DNA of 63,973 nt, filler included, from Lenisia limosa (taxonomy: Eukaryota > Protista > Breviatea): the NCBI GenBank assembly GCA_001655205.1. It is 12 parts of 12 records of this genome, joined end to end, with 100 filler letters (N's around TTAATTAATTAA, not from the genome) between each part and the next. Parts side by side here need not be neighbours in the genome. Positions count along the whole stretch, not along the records: positions 1 to 2,486 come from LPNZ01006418.1; positions 2,587 to 3,880 come from LPNZ01008075.1; positions 3,981 to 6,657 come from LPNZ01009834.1; positions 6,758 to 10,394 come from LPNZ01004765.1; positions 10,495 to 15,173 come from LPNZ01010318.1; 7 more parts are not named here. One strand, 5' to 3'. Made by a program: the position numbers and the translations under genes. Shown here piece by piece: positions 1 to 11,783 of this stretch; position 1 is the first letter of the stretch; every line of letters starts with the position of its first letter. The notes beneath the pieces are model-generated. The model was not told where the DNA came from. It did not search any database and saw only the letters and a program-made list of their open reading frames with translations.

Positions 1-58
1 TCGTGTGGCTTTTTTGTGTCGTAAATTTTTTTATTTTACCCCTCCCCCACCTCCAGGT

Positions 59-2463
59 TGTTCGAAAAAGCCAACCTCTCAGCGGAGGGATTTGTTCGGC
101 AGTTCCCGGAACGGATAGACTGGATTACGCCGGTACTCTCAAACGCCCTTGATAATTCCTCCGGTTTGCTTTTAAAAGGTTGTGATTTTCCTATTTTGTT
201 TCTTCTTTCCTTTTTAAAATAATAGTAGTGTGTTTTCATTTAAACTCGTGTATTACTAGCCAACACAGTTCATTTTGGGCTTTTGAATACATTTTCCCAT
301 TATGTCTCTCCCCCCCCTGTCCTGAGATATCTTATCTTCTTTCACTGACTGGGATGTCTTCTTTCACTGACCTGGGATATCTTCTTTCTCTCTCCGCTCT
401 TTTTTATTAAATTTTGTATTAATATAAGAGAGTATTGCATTATAGTATAATAATAACGATTTAGCGTACCCCGAGTCTACCCGGGTGACCCTGTCCAATA
501 TGCTTTTCAAAGTTGGCACTTGAAAATGTTTCCTTTAATGATGATGATGAATTTTTTCTCCTTTGATGAAAGCAATAGTGTAATTTCATAAAAATTATTT
601 TTTTATATTGAATTATACATAAAAATGATTAATCTCCGTTGATTATTTCGAATCGAAATTCGGTTATATGATTAGAAGGGCCATCAAACTATTTGCTTGT
701 TAATTTCTAATTTTCTCTGTACAGAATGTGTATTATTTGTATTTTTTTCTATCTTTAATTATTTGGCAAGTGATTGGGTGTTATTATTCTATCATCCAAT
801 ATCTCTTATAAGTGTGATTGTGTGGACGCTTCGGCCAGATCCTTATTTTTTAATTCTCTATATTTGATACATTTAACAATCTTGTTTTCAAAACAAAATG
901 ACCACCCCCCNNNNNNNNNNNNNNNNNNNNNNNNNNNNNNNNNNNNNNNNNNNNNNNNNNNNNNNNNATATTAAAGATATTAAACCACCCTCAGGCACTT
1001 CTCCATGATCATCTTTCGGCGTCTAATAACTGGTATGGAGTTTGGGGGCGAGGCGCACTACTCTTCTTTTTCATTTCAGCTTTGTGTTATTTGCAATGTG
1101 TATTATAATTTTCCTCTTTTTTTTGCAATAACGTCTGGCCAGGTTCAATGATCTTCACGAAACCACCCAGTCATCAAATATCAATGCAAGTAGTAAGAGG
1201 AGGGGGGGGGGTGATAGAATGTATCTACTTACATGTATATGATATGCATATGATATATTACAATACGTTTTACCTTTCCAATATACGGTAAATGATTAGG
1301 TGAATGAACTAATAAGACCTCTTCTTAATATTTTTAACTATTTTAGTGCAATCCCTGCATATTTCGCCAGACCTACGAGGTCATGAAGCGCTTGTTTCAC
1401 CCCAAACCCAAAATTTGCTCAACTTTCTTCAGAGTAATACAAGCTTCGATATAGGTTTGTTCCTCTGTTGAGTTATCCGGAGCTTTGTAATTATTATTGG
1501 TTTATATCATATCATATAACAAAACAATATGCATAGTATATTATAATTATTCATGTAATATATAGCTGTATTTAATAGTTCACCATAGGATGTTTTTTTT
1601 TTGTTATCATATGTTGCCTTGATCCACCCAGAGCCAGTTCTTTCGACGCTTGCTTCACTTGGTCTTTCATCTTTCGTGGTAAGGGGGCGGGGTATTGATT
1701 CGATGTTCATGGTGGAGATGCATTATTTGTAGTAGGGTGTGAGAAGGTGGAATATTTGATATTTCATGTGGGAGATTAGGTGTTCATCGTTTAGCTATAT
1801 GATATAGAAATGAGAAATAAAGCAAGGTGAAATCTGGCCGAAGCCGGCCAAAGCACCACGAATAAGAAGTACGTATGATATGCTCTAGAATAAGAAGCGA
1901 TTTGGTTTTTCATCTTAGTTGGTTTGGAGTGAGGGGAGTTGGTAGAGCGAGGGGGATCAAATGAAAATGGGGGTCATTTACTCGTTTATGATATGTAGTA
2001 TTTAATAAAAACGTCCTCTCCCCCTAGTAACTTGTGTAGGCAGTAGCCTTGGAGGCACGTCCTGAGATAAATGCCCCTGTTTATCTAGCAAGCTTGGAAG
2101 CTCGCGGATCCTCTGTCGGTGGATTTCATTCTTTTGTTTAAGCCTCCTGCCCAATAGTGTTCCCACCTCAACTGCCACAAAAATATCAACATATCTTGGA
2201 TTTATTGAGAAATTCTGTCCTTATTGGGGAGAGCGTAAGGAAACCATGATTATATCAAGATGTGACTTTAATGACCGATTTGTCATTTCTACAGACATCG
2301 CACTAACGTAAGTCCAGACCCCTATCGACGAACCGAGTCTCTTTGCCTTCCTCCAGCCTGACGCTCTCGTTGAATCGGTCCTTTCTGACGTTGAAATGCT
2401 TAATGGGTCTATGCCTTTGTTACAGGCCTCGATTCCTCATTTGAGCCAGCAGGGGTTGAGAAT
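59..2463 (+). CDS. Multi-exon hypothetical protein, partial
   Basis: GT-AG bounded open segments, e.g. ccag|gttgttcgaa (LFEKANLSAEGFVRQFPERIDWITP), YVALIHPEPVLSTLASLGLSSFV|gtaag, and PIDEPSLFAFLQPDALVESVLSDVEMLNGSMPLLQASIPHLSQQGLRM|gtgcg. No family recognised; exon linkage not verified. Confidence 0.5.
795..850 (+). repeat. Dispersed non-palindromic repeat family G (atccaatatctcttataagtgtgat…gcttcggccagatacaaccttgttttatttctcat)
   Basis: Related copies at 1807-1845 (inverted), 2598-2632, 3284-3325, 7787-7830 (inverted), 58756-58830 (inverted) and 62357-62425. Confidence 0.7.
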
Positions 2464-2530
2464 GGTGCGTCCATGGGGGGGGGGGGNNNNNNNNNNNNNN
2501 NNNNNNNNNNNNNNNNNNNNNNNNNNNNNN

Positions 2531-2542
2531 TTAATTAATTAA
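2531..2542. other. Artificial scaffold-joining linker TTAATTAATTAA flanked by N runs (first of 11)
   Basis: Identical 12-mer with stops in all six frames, centred in ~100-nt N blocks, at 2531, 3925, 6702, 10439, 15218, 21964, 29306, 50489, 53497, 54676 and 57876. Gene content changes abruptly across it. Confidence 0.97.
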
Positions 2543-3030
2543 NNNNNNNNNNNNNNNNNNNNNNNNNNNNNNNNNNNNNNNNNNNNGAGGTTACAATAAA
2601 GGCCAGATACCGTATTTTTTATTTCTCAATGCCTTATATTAATAGTTATGTATTGAATACAAGAGAAGGTAAACACATGAGGAGCATATGTCGGGGAAGA
2701 GTCTTGAAGCGTTTTGGGTCATACTAGATGCTCTTTTTTTTGGACAATAAGATTCAAAAGTTAGAGATGGATCTTTTGCAGAGCATGATGCGGNNNNNNN
2801 NNNNNNNNNNNNNNNNNNNNNNNNNNNNNNNNNNNNNNNNNNNNNNNNNNNNNNNNNNNNNNNNNNNNNNNNNNNNNNNNNNNNNNNNNNNNNNNNNNNN
2901 NNNNNNNNNNNNNNNNNNNNNNNNNNNNNNNNNNNNNNNNNNNNNNNNNNNNNNNNNNNNNNNNNNNNNNNNNNNNNNNNNNNNNNNNNNNNNNNNNNNN
3001 NNNNNNNNNNNNNNNNNNNNNNNNNNNNNA

Positions 3031-3880
3031 GACTGCACACACCATGGACACGTGCTGTCCCTGCACCTGGCTGCCAGAGGCGAGTTCATCGCTGTGGGCG
3101 ACTTGATGAAGAGCATTACGTTGCTGAAGGTCAAGGTGGGAGGGGTATCGTTGTATTGTTATTTTGTTTTTCTGTGTTTTGATTCTATTGTTTTATGATT
3201 TGTGATTATGATTACATTGTTTTATTGTGGATAATATTGGATAAAAGGTTAATGGGGAGGGGCTTTTTGGGGCTTTTCTTGTTGGCTTCGGCCGGATACA
3301 ACCTTGTTTTATTTCTCATCTCTATTTGATATATTATACACGTAGTATTTATACATGTGTGGTATGGATAAAAAAGTCTCACGCGCCAGGATCCTGACGC
3401 CATTTTGGAGGAGGTTGCGCGCGATTTTACTCCAAGGTGGGGGGTGGCGCTTCTGTTATACTAGGGCTTCAAGGTGGGCAGGGGATTACTTGGGAGTTTG
3501 GTATTTTGTCTTTATGGTTTCAAAAGAGACTTTACTGCAAAAAAAGGTTCCCTTTGTTCCCGTTGGTTCACTTTGCATTAAAGGGGTCCCCTAGATTATT
3601 TTTTTTTTTTGTTTCCTTATTTCTTTTTTCAAAAATCGTACTTATTCTGTTGCATCGAGGGCTTCCCTCCTGTCCGAAAAAGACCGGTAAAAATCGGCAT
3701 TTATTGAAATTTTGTCTTTTTTTTTTTGGGGGGAGCGAAGTGAAGTCAACAATAATATTTTAATAATTTTTGGTTACATTCTAACCCCATTTTCACTTAC
3801 TTCATTGACTCGATTAGTTGGGTGACGTCCATTGTGGCTCTTAGTGACTCCTCTGTGCTTGCTGCAGACCACAACAACAA
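3031..3880 (+). CDS. DDB1: DNA damage-binding protein 1 (C-terminal CPSF_A-type beta-propeller), two-exon fragment
   Basis: CTHHGHVLSLHLAARGEFIAVGDLMKSITLLKVK matches the DDB1 GDFILVGDLMRSV region. The second exon, WVTSIVALSDSSVLAADHNNN (~3818-3880), matches WMSAVEILDDD..LGAEN. Confidence 0.85.
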
Positions 3881-3980
3881 NNNNNNNNNNNNNNNNNNNN
3901 NNNNNNNNNNNNNNNNNNNNNNNNTTAATTAATTAANNNNNNNNNNNNNNNNNNNNNNNNNNNNNNNNNNNNNNNNNNNN

Positions 3981-6657
3981 AGGGGGCGGATGGAGTCCTT
4001 CCGGCTCACCAGGCCAGACCCTCTGGATGCCGAAACTGACGACGAGATCGAGAGTCTTGGCCTGGTCAACAGCAGACTGCCGTCGGCACCCGGGGCTTTC
4101 GGCCGGCTTTTCCTCCGTGCCGTGGCATGTTGTCATTCGGTGGTCACCGAAGTGGACGAGGATACCGGCGGTNNNNNNNNNNNNNNNNNNNNNNNNNNNN
4201 NNNNNNNNNNNNNNNNNNNNNNNNNNNNNNNNNNNNNNNNNNNNNNNNNNNNNNNNNNNCGTAAATTTAGCTAAATTTAAAAAAGTGCACTCGGCAAATA
4301 AATTTTTTTATCAAATTTTAACAAATTTTAAGTACCTCCTCCAGAGGAGCTACTTAAAAATTTTGGCTCGGTTCTCGTCTCCAATTTCTCATCCATTTGC
4401 TCAAGCTTTGATTAACATTTGCTCCTTTGATATGTACCTATACAGCAACCTTTGCAGAACCTTTGCACATAATCTGGCGATTAGTATCAAGTATATCAAG
4501 TGCTTGTAGCAACATCAGATTGCTTATCGAGTTGAAGAGGAATTTTCATGAAACTTAGCTGCCGAGTGCTCATCCTTAAATTTACCTCAAATATTGTTGA
4601 CACAATTTACGATTCAAAATTTTAGCTAAATTTACGTCAAAACTTAAACCCCGAGGGCACCCTTATATGATATGATAGCTTTAATATAATATCGTATAAT
4701 ATCGTATAATATAGTATAATATAGTAATGTTAAGGGGGGGTTATATGATATGCAGTATTTTATAAGGGGCCGTTCGGATAAATGAATTTTTCGTACTGTT
4801 ATAAAATGACAATGTACCGTCCTTCCTATTTCCCTGCTGTTGACCTGCTTAGAAATCGACTACAATGCACAGTCCCCTGACGAAGAAGCCCTGGTCTCGG
4901 CTGCTGCCAGGAACGGCTGGAAGCTGCTTAAAGCCAACGGAGCTCTGTAGGGGGGGGAGGGGGGGGGGTGAAATTTGATATTTATGAAACAAAAAAACCC
5001 AAAACCAACTGTTGGCTTGGGGGAGGGCTAGAGTTTAAAAGCTAGCCAAAGTTGATTCTGGGGTACCCCCCCCCCCAACCTCACATTTACTCTCAATCTC
5101 TTATTTGTGTTTGGAGTTTCAGATTTTTCGGTTTGGTATTAGCACCTTTACGCTCATGTTCTTCATCGAAATTTCCTTCATTTTACGTCGGCCAACAGAG
5201 TTGATTTGGGTTTTTTTTGTTCCATACATTTTCCAATTTTACTCCACCAGCGTGGAGGTGGAGGAAGCCGGAACCGTCAGACGATACGAGGTCCTTGCAA
5301 CTCTCGAGTTCAACAGCGACCGCAAACGCATGAGCGTTCTTGGTAAGGGCTTTACTGTCTTATTTTACAGTGACCAGGATAAGTCTTGACCTATTTCCCT
5401 TGGGAAATCACATAGCAGTCAAGACTTATCCCGGTCACTGCATGTTATAGTATTAAGTGGGGGTAATACTACGCCTCTCCTAATTGAGTTGATTTTGGGC
5501 TTTGTTTCATACATTTCCCAATTGACCCCTTTGTGTCTAGTTTTAGCGTTGCTTGCTCGTGTTTGTTATTGCTTGTTTTTGTTTTTTTTGTTGGAGTTTC
5601 AGATTATTCGGTTGGTGATAGTGCCTTTACGCCAATATTCTTCATGGAAGTTTCCTTTGTTTTACCCCCNNNNNNNNNNNNNNNNNNNNNNNNNNNNNNN
5701 NNNNNNNNNNNNNNNNNNNNNNNNNNNNNNNNNNNNNNNNNNNNNNNNNNNNNNNNNNNNNNNNCCACTAGTGCTCTTTACCAAGGGCGCTGACATCACC
5801 ATCTTCCCCCTTCTTGCCGGTGGGTGGCATTGATGGAGAAAGAGGTTTTTTTATCGAGGGCTTATCGAGGGTTTATCGAGGGTTTCTCAGGGATTATTTG
5901 GGAAATCTGACAATATTGTATCTAACCAACAGAATTGAAGTTTTTCATTTGATTCATTATATTTTCCCCTTCGATTTTGCTTTTTCTTTTATGTTTCAAA
6001 ATTATTTCCAGGGTTCCTCCAATCTGAATTGAGACATATTGTAACGAGAACCCCATTTCAAACACTTGAATTNNNNNNNNNNNNNNNNNNNNNNNNNNNN
6101 NNNNNNNNNNNNNNNNNNNNNNNNNNNNNNNNNNNNNNNNNNNNNNNNNNNNNNNNNNNNNNNNNNNNNNNNNNNNNNNNNNNNNNNNNNNNNNNNNNNN
6201 NNNNNNNNNNNNNNNNNTCCCAGCCAAGGTACCACTTATCATCATTAACACCACCTTATCACCCTCCAGGACGGATTAAGAACCTTGTGTGTTTGCTGCA
6301 GAGTCGTGCCTGCTGACGAGTATGAGTCTTGGAAGCCTCGATTTGACGACGCATTGGCCAGTATCGAGGACAGAGAGGACAAGGTAGGGGGATAAGGAGA
6401 TTAAAATAAAAGAGGACATTTAAATAATAGAATATGGGGATACATACGCGACTCTAAACAAACCATCTGAACTCTTCTTTCGGGGGCTGCACTCGCAATA
6501 CGGGACTATATTTCTTGATAAACCCTCGAAAAAAACTCCTAAAACATCGATAAGTCCTCGATTCAATCTGGAGAGAGGCCTTATTGCTTCTAGGTTGCCG
6601 CCATATCCGCGGAGCTGGAGCACAACATGCATCTTCTCGGCTGTACTGCAGTAGAGG
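3981..6657 (+). CDS. P4-type ATPase (phospholipid flippase), nucleotide-binding domain fragment, at least 6 exons
   Basis: Exon peptides: FLRAVACCHSVV; YNAQSPDEEALVSAAARNG; YEVLATLEFNSDRKRMSV; LFTKGADITIF; DGLRTLCVCCRVVPADEYESWKPRFDDALASIEDREDK; LLGCTAVE. These are hallmark P4-ATPase motifs in the correct order. Confidence 0.93.
4260..4636. mobile_element. ~380-bp MITE-like element with CGTAAATTTAGCTAAA terminal inverted repeats, in a flippase intron
   Basis: cgtaaatttagctaaatt at the left end and ttttagctaaatttacg at the right end. An inner gtgcactcggca/gccgagtgctca inverted pair is also present. The left flank is an N gap, so no TSD can be read. Confidence 0.6.
5190..5250 (+). repeat. Intron-end repeat family A (…cagccaacagagttgattttgggc…tttgtttcataaattttccaattttactcccc…ag)
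   Basis: Related copies near 10-58, 4947-5016 (inverted), 5480-5525, 7400-7500, 9615-9677, 10295-10394, 15753-15810, 18228-18345, 20745-20835, 21190-21249, 40348-40490, 53075-53200, 53835-53937, 54040-54090, 54900-55010, 57575-57605 and 62750-62816. Confidence 0.85.
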
Positions 6658-6759
6658 NNNNNNNNNNNNNNNNNNNNNNNNNNNNNNNNNNNNNNNNNNN
6701 NTTAATTAATTAANNNNNNNNNNNNNNNNNNNNNNNNNNNNNNNNNNNNNNNNNNNNCC

Positions 6760-9700
6760 CCCCCCCCCCCACATTGAGCGTTCAAAGCGGTCAGTAGCTC
6801 AACCAGGAAGCTCCTCATAATGGGCAGGGCGTAGGAGGGCACCTTTGGCGCTAATGAGGCAAGCAAGGATATGACTGCAGCCTGGGGGGAAGGAGGTGTC
6901 AGTGGATATGGGATAATAACCACTGGATCTCTTTGACCCTAGTTTCAATAGAGACACTGCAAAACAAAAAACAGGAAAATATAGGAGCTTCTTACCGACG
7001 CTGTATTATTATATACATACCTACATGCAATACATGATTCATATGGACTACAATGGTCATTATCAACAATTGCAATATTTATGATTCATATAATATTCAT
7101 CAACAATTGTTTGCCTTAACACTCCGTGGAAATGTCAAAAGACATCTACTAACATGGGACTAGAGTTCATATTGCATCGTAGCATGTACATACAAATACA
7201 CCACATTCCGATCCCCCCAGACTCTGATTTCTGGAGAGGGGTCGTGGGTGAGAGGCACCAGCACCTGCATAGTTTCAACCTGGGCAAGGAACGACGAGAA
7301 CTCCAGGCCTAGCTCCTTGAAGACCACTGGGGGAATAGATTATGTTTATATTTTCAATCAGTCAAATGTATGTTATGAAGCTATCAGGATCCGGCGGTTC
7401 AGAGGGGGGAAAAAATGGAAAATTTTTGAAACAAAAAAAAAGCCCAGAATCAACTCTCTGCTGACAACACACAAGGGTGAAAAACAACAAAACAAACGAC
7501 GCTCATGAAGGGAGGGGGGGGAGTAGAAAAAGAATGAAAACAGGCTTCATGAAAATTGGTTGAGAAATAGCAATGCGAATGAGAAGACAACTGACCACAT
7601 CATTCAAGCGAATACTAATGAAGAAGCATATAGAACAGCATTAATAACACGCCCCTCACGTAGTCTGAGATCGACGGACGTGTCAGCTACCACCACTTCC
7701 AAAAGATGGCTGAACAGCGAGTACACACATCTCTGGACCTGCAAAAATCATATTATAGACATTTCTGGACCTGCAAAATCATATTACGGACAAATGAGAA
7801 ATAAAAAAGGGACTAACTGGCCAAAGCCCACCATCAAATGAAGGGAAATAATAGGCACTCAAGATAAGACCGATCATAACAAGTAATATGGAGGGGGGAA
7901 TAACAGCTGGTAGCAGGTCAAACCGTCCAAGTTATGAGATACTGGATTAGTACTATTATTTCTTAACAATAATGCCAAGATGATATGTACACGGTACGGT
8001 CCTGCTATTTCCCCCCGTACAGTAGCGGGAGAAGTCTCCTCTGCAACACCCAGTCTCAGGGCATGGAGGGTCAGTTGGACAGCCTGAACGGTCAATAGGA
8101 CTGTAATGATAAATGATACCATGTGCAATAGTAATACATGAAATATTTGGCAGAGGAGGTAGTGAGTGTCTGGGGCTTCACTTCGGTTCGAAAAAGTCCG
8201 CTAAAATATCGATAGTTTTTGGAAATTTACTTTTTCGAACCGGAGTATCTGGCCAAAGCTATCCACCAAGATTGAGGAAATAAGAGCCTGTTGAAGAATG
8301 CCCCCCCCCCCNNNNNNNNNNNNNNNNNNNNNNNNNNNNNNNNNNNNNNNNNNNNNNNNNNNNNNNNNNNNNNNNNNNNNNNNNNNNNNNNNNNNNNNNN
8401 NNNNNTGCGGACTAATTCGTCAGAGATGTGAAAAGGATTAATTATCATTAATATTTAAAAGAAAGAACTGATTATTGCTCATGTTCTTTACAACGCGAAA
8501 TGCCTTTTTTCGCTCCATGTAGTGTCTATATATCACCAAGGTTCAAATCCAATACATGACTACCAAGTTTCACATTCATCTTGACTGCAAAGTAGGCCCG
8601 CAAACCTCACGCACGAACTGCAACGCTCTGCCTGCTGTCTGGTCCACAGATCGCACCAAAATAAGGGCCTGTTGAAATGAGTACGTTTTGTCACAGCAAG
8701 AACCATGTTTTGATTTCATAAAAGAACAGCCCAAAAGACTACCATCCATAAAATAACCTCTCCTTCCATATAAGGCAAGCCTACTTGGCACAAAACGTCA
8801 CTAGGCGGCATTTGTCTTCTTGGTGCCTTGTTTCCTCCCGACCCGGGAACTACTGTGTGGGAAAGAGAGAGAACCTGGGGGGGGGGGGTAAGCTTTCAGA
8901 TATACAGTACCCCAAGAGATCATCTTTTTGAAAGCAGAATGTTACCATCACGTCAAAATGAAATAACATATTTTGTTGAGTAACTAATGCACTGCCTTCC
9001 TCCAGTAAGCAAATATATAAAATGAATAATAATCAAAGATTCGCATCCCCCATCTTCTCTCCTATAAACAAATAATTGAAAGAAAAGAACAAGACAAACA
9101 CTCCTCTACTCAAAAAACAATAACTCTCCTTTCATTAAACACCACCTTTGCAGCACGTGCCAGCGCCCGCTTGTGGATGAGAGGCCTGAGTGCTGGCAGC
9201 GCGGCGGCACACTACGGGGGNNNNNNNNNNNNNNNNNNNNNNNNNNNNNNNNNNNNNNNNNNNNNNNNNNNNNNNNNNNNNNNNNNNNNNNNNNNNNNNN
9301 NNNNNNNNNNNNNNNNNNNNNNNNNNNNNNNNNNNNNNNNNNNNNNNNNNNNNNNNNNNNNNNNNNNNNNNNNNNNNNNNNNNNNNNNNNNNNNNNNNNN
9401 NNNNNNNNNNNNNNNNNNNNNNNNNNNNNNNNNNNNNNNNNNNNCGTCAGAATATCAATACTCGGACTGAGGGAATCGGAGAGCTACACGGGGTGAGAAA
9501 TGATGATGATGAAAAAGGGCTGTGAAACAATCAACACGATTGGCATTGGACCTACCTGTTGACCAAGGGAGTTGACAAGTTCGTTTAGAGCCTCATAAGC
9601 GGGGGTCACGGTTTCTGGGGGGATGAGGGGAAACTGGTTCATTTATGAAACAAAAAAATTCAAGTCAACCCCCCCACTATCAGTTTTCTTATTGAGTAAT

Positions 9701-10294
9701 TGGTCGTAAATAACGTCAATGACATTTCGCACAAAGGGACTGTCAACATCAGACATAGCCTGGAAAGTTAGTTAGGATAGGGACGTAGCCTTGGGAAGTT
9801 AGTTAGGATACGGACGTAGCCTGGAAAGTTAGTTAGGATACGGACGTAGCCTGGAAAGTTAGTTAGGATAGGGACATAGCCTGGAACGTTAGTAAGGATA
9901 AGGCTGAAGAAACTGTATGTGAACAGAACGTTAGCGCCGTTTAAGAATAGGAATGTATGTATATTAATTAAGAAGTTTTTTTTGTGTGTTTGCGATGTGA
10001 TTTCCGTATGTCCATAACAAAAGGAATATCGTGAACTAGAAGTTTGTAAGGATTTAATAAGGGTTAAAGGAAGATTGAGATTCATACCTCAGGATTGTAT
10101 AAATTCAAAAGAAATAATTACGATTCCATTTCAATCCGATTAAGAATGCTATCTGGGAGAACCCTTCACAAGACCCACTGCAGTAATTTTGGCAGCAGCC
10201 GGGAGACAGTGGGCCATGGCCCGTTCAGGGTCCTTCTTCATGGAGCTGAACAGAAACTCCATAGCTGTCACCAGGTGATGCTCTTTGAATGTGT
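6760..10294 (-). CDS. TOR: TOR kinase N-terminal HEAT-repeat region, partial
   Basis: Minus-strand exons in order: DTFKEHHLVTAMEFLFSSMKKDPERAMAH (10179-10294); AMSDVDSPFVRNVIDVIYDQLLNKK (9678-9759); ALQFVREVCGPTLQS; LFSHLLEVVVADTSVDLRLLVFKELGLEFSSFLAQVETMQVL; ISLLASLAPKVPSYALPIMRSFLVELLTALN. Co-linear with mTOR [54 protein letters not shown] and NPAFVMPFLRKMLIQILTEL. Confidence 0.85.
9752..9902 (-). repeat. 30-bp tandem repeat x5 spanning a TOR branch point/acceptor
   Basis: Minus-strand unit tatcctaactaactttccag-gctatgtccc; one unit is 31 bp. Confidence 0.95.
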
Positions 10295-10494
10295 CTGGGG
10301 GTGGGGGGTAAATTGAATAATTTATGAAACAAAAAAAAAGCGAAAAATCACCTTTGTTGGCTGATAACACACGAGGATTGATAACAACAAAACANNNNNN
10401 NNNNNNNNNNNNNNNNNNNNNNNNNNNNNNNNNNNNNNTTAATTAATTAANNNNNNNNNNNNNNNNNNNNNNNNNNNNNNNNNNNNNNNNNNNN

Positions 10495-11286
10495 AACATC
10501 CGCATAATCCCCATCCCCAGCAGCCCCATCATCAGGACCAGAGCGGTTACAATGTGCATCAGAAGAAGTCCACAAATCCGATCAACCAGTTGGCTGACTC
10601 CATGTCCAATTTGATGGGCGGTCTTTTCGGCAAGAAGAAGAAGAACCAGCCACAGCCCCAACCTCAACCCAATATGCCTCCTCAGCCAAATCAGCCCTAT
10701 AATCCCCAGAATAACTACCCTGGCAACCAGCCTCAGCCAAATCAGCCGNNNNNNNNNNNNNNNNNNNNNNNNNNNNNNNNNNNNNNNNNNNNNNNNNNNN
10801 NNNNNNNNNNNNNNNNNNNNNNNNNNNNNNNNNNNNNNNNNNNNNNNNNNNNNNNNNNNNNNNNNNNNNNNNNNNNNNNNNNNNNNNNNNNNNNNNNNNN
10901 NNNNNNNNNNNNNNNNNNNNNNNNNNNNNNNNNNNNNNNNNNNNNNNNNNNNNNNNNNNNNNNNNNNNNNNNNNNNNNNNNNNNNNNNNNNNNNNNNNNN
11001 NNNNNNNNGTCAGCCAAATCAGCCATATAACCCCAGCTACCCTGGTAACCCCCAGCCGAAACCTAATATGCCCTACAACCCCCAGCCTAATATGCCTCAG
11101 CCGAATCAACCCAGTATGCCCCCTCAACCAAACCAGCCGTACAGCCCCAACTATCCTGGTAACAGTCCCCAGCCACACCAACCTGGTATGGCTCCTCAAC
11201 CGAATCAACCGAACCAGCCCTACAATCCTCAAAACAATCAGCCTTACAACCCTCAGGGACCGCAGCCAAACCAACCTTATGTTTGA
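10495..11286 (+). CDS. C-terminal Pro/Gln/Asn/Tyr-rich low-complexity protein tail, partial with internal gap
   Basis: Open frame with QPNQPYNPQ-type repeats after LMGGLFGKKKK, ending in a TGA at 11284-11286. Confidence 0.75.
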
Positions 11287-11783
11287 GGAGATTATTATTC
11301 CCTTTTATATTTCTTGTGAATTTGAATTTGCGCTGTGAATTGTTGAAGTTTTCTACTAATTTCTATTTGTTTCACCAACCTTTCTTTTTTTTAACCTTTT
11401 CAGTATCCTGCTGCTACCGCACCCCCCATGTAGACTGTTCGTTTGCTATATTTATATTTGTGTTTTCTCAAACTTAGACGGAGTAGAATTTGTGTCTATC
11501 AGCCTTTTGGTCTTAAGGGCTGTCTTTAATGCTATCTTTCGATATCGATATATAATTATATAGATGAAATACATATTATTGCGTGCTATTTATGTGCTAT
11601 CGATCTATCGATTATAAACAAACATATTAATTTGTCGGTAAAAATAACTTAACTGAGATCTTGCGCGCACGTTGACGTTCATATATAAATGACTCGAATC
11701 ATTTACTCTTTTTCCCTTTTGGCAATGTTATTGCTTGTGTACTGAAAAAGAGAAAAGAAAAAGAGCGTAGTTGACTGTAAAAA

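Noticed and set aside
2639-3198. ORF-track entries with long X runs (here and throughout)
   Set aside because: They read through N gaps; their length is an artefact.
10582-11274. 230-aa minus-strand ORF
   Set aside because: Antisense shadow of the low-complexity P/Q/N exon on the plus strand.
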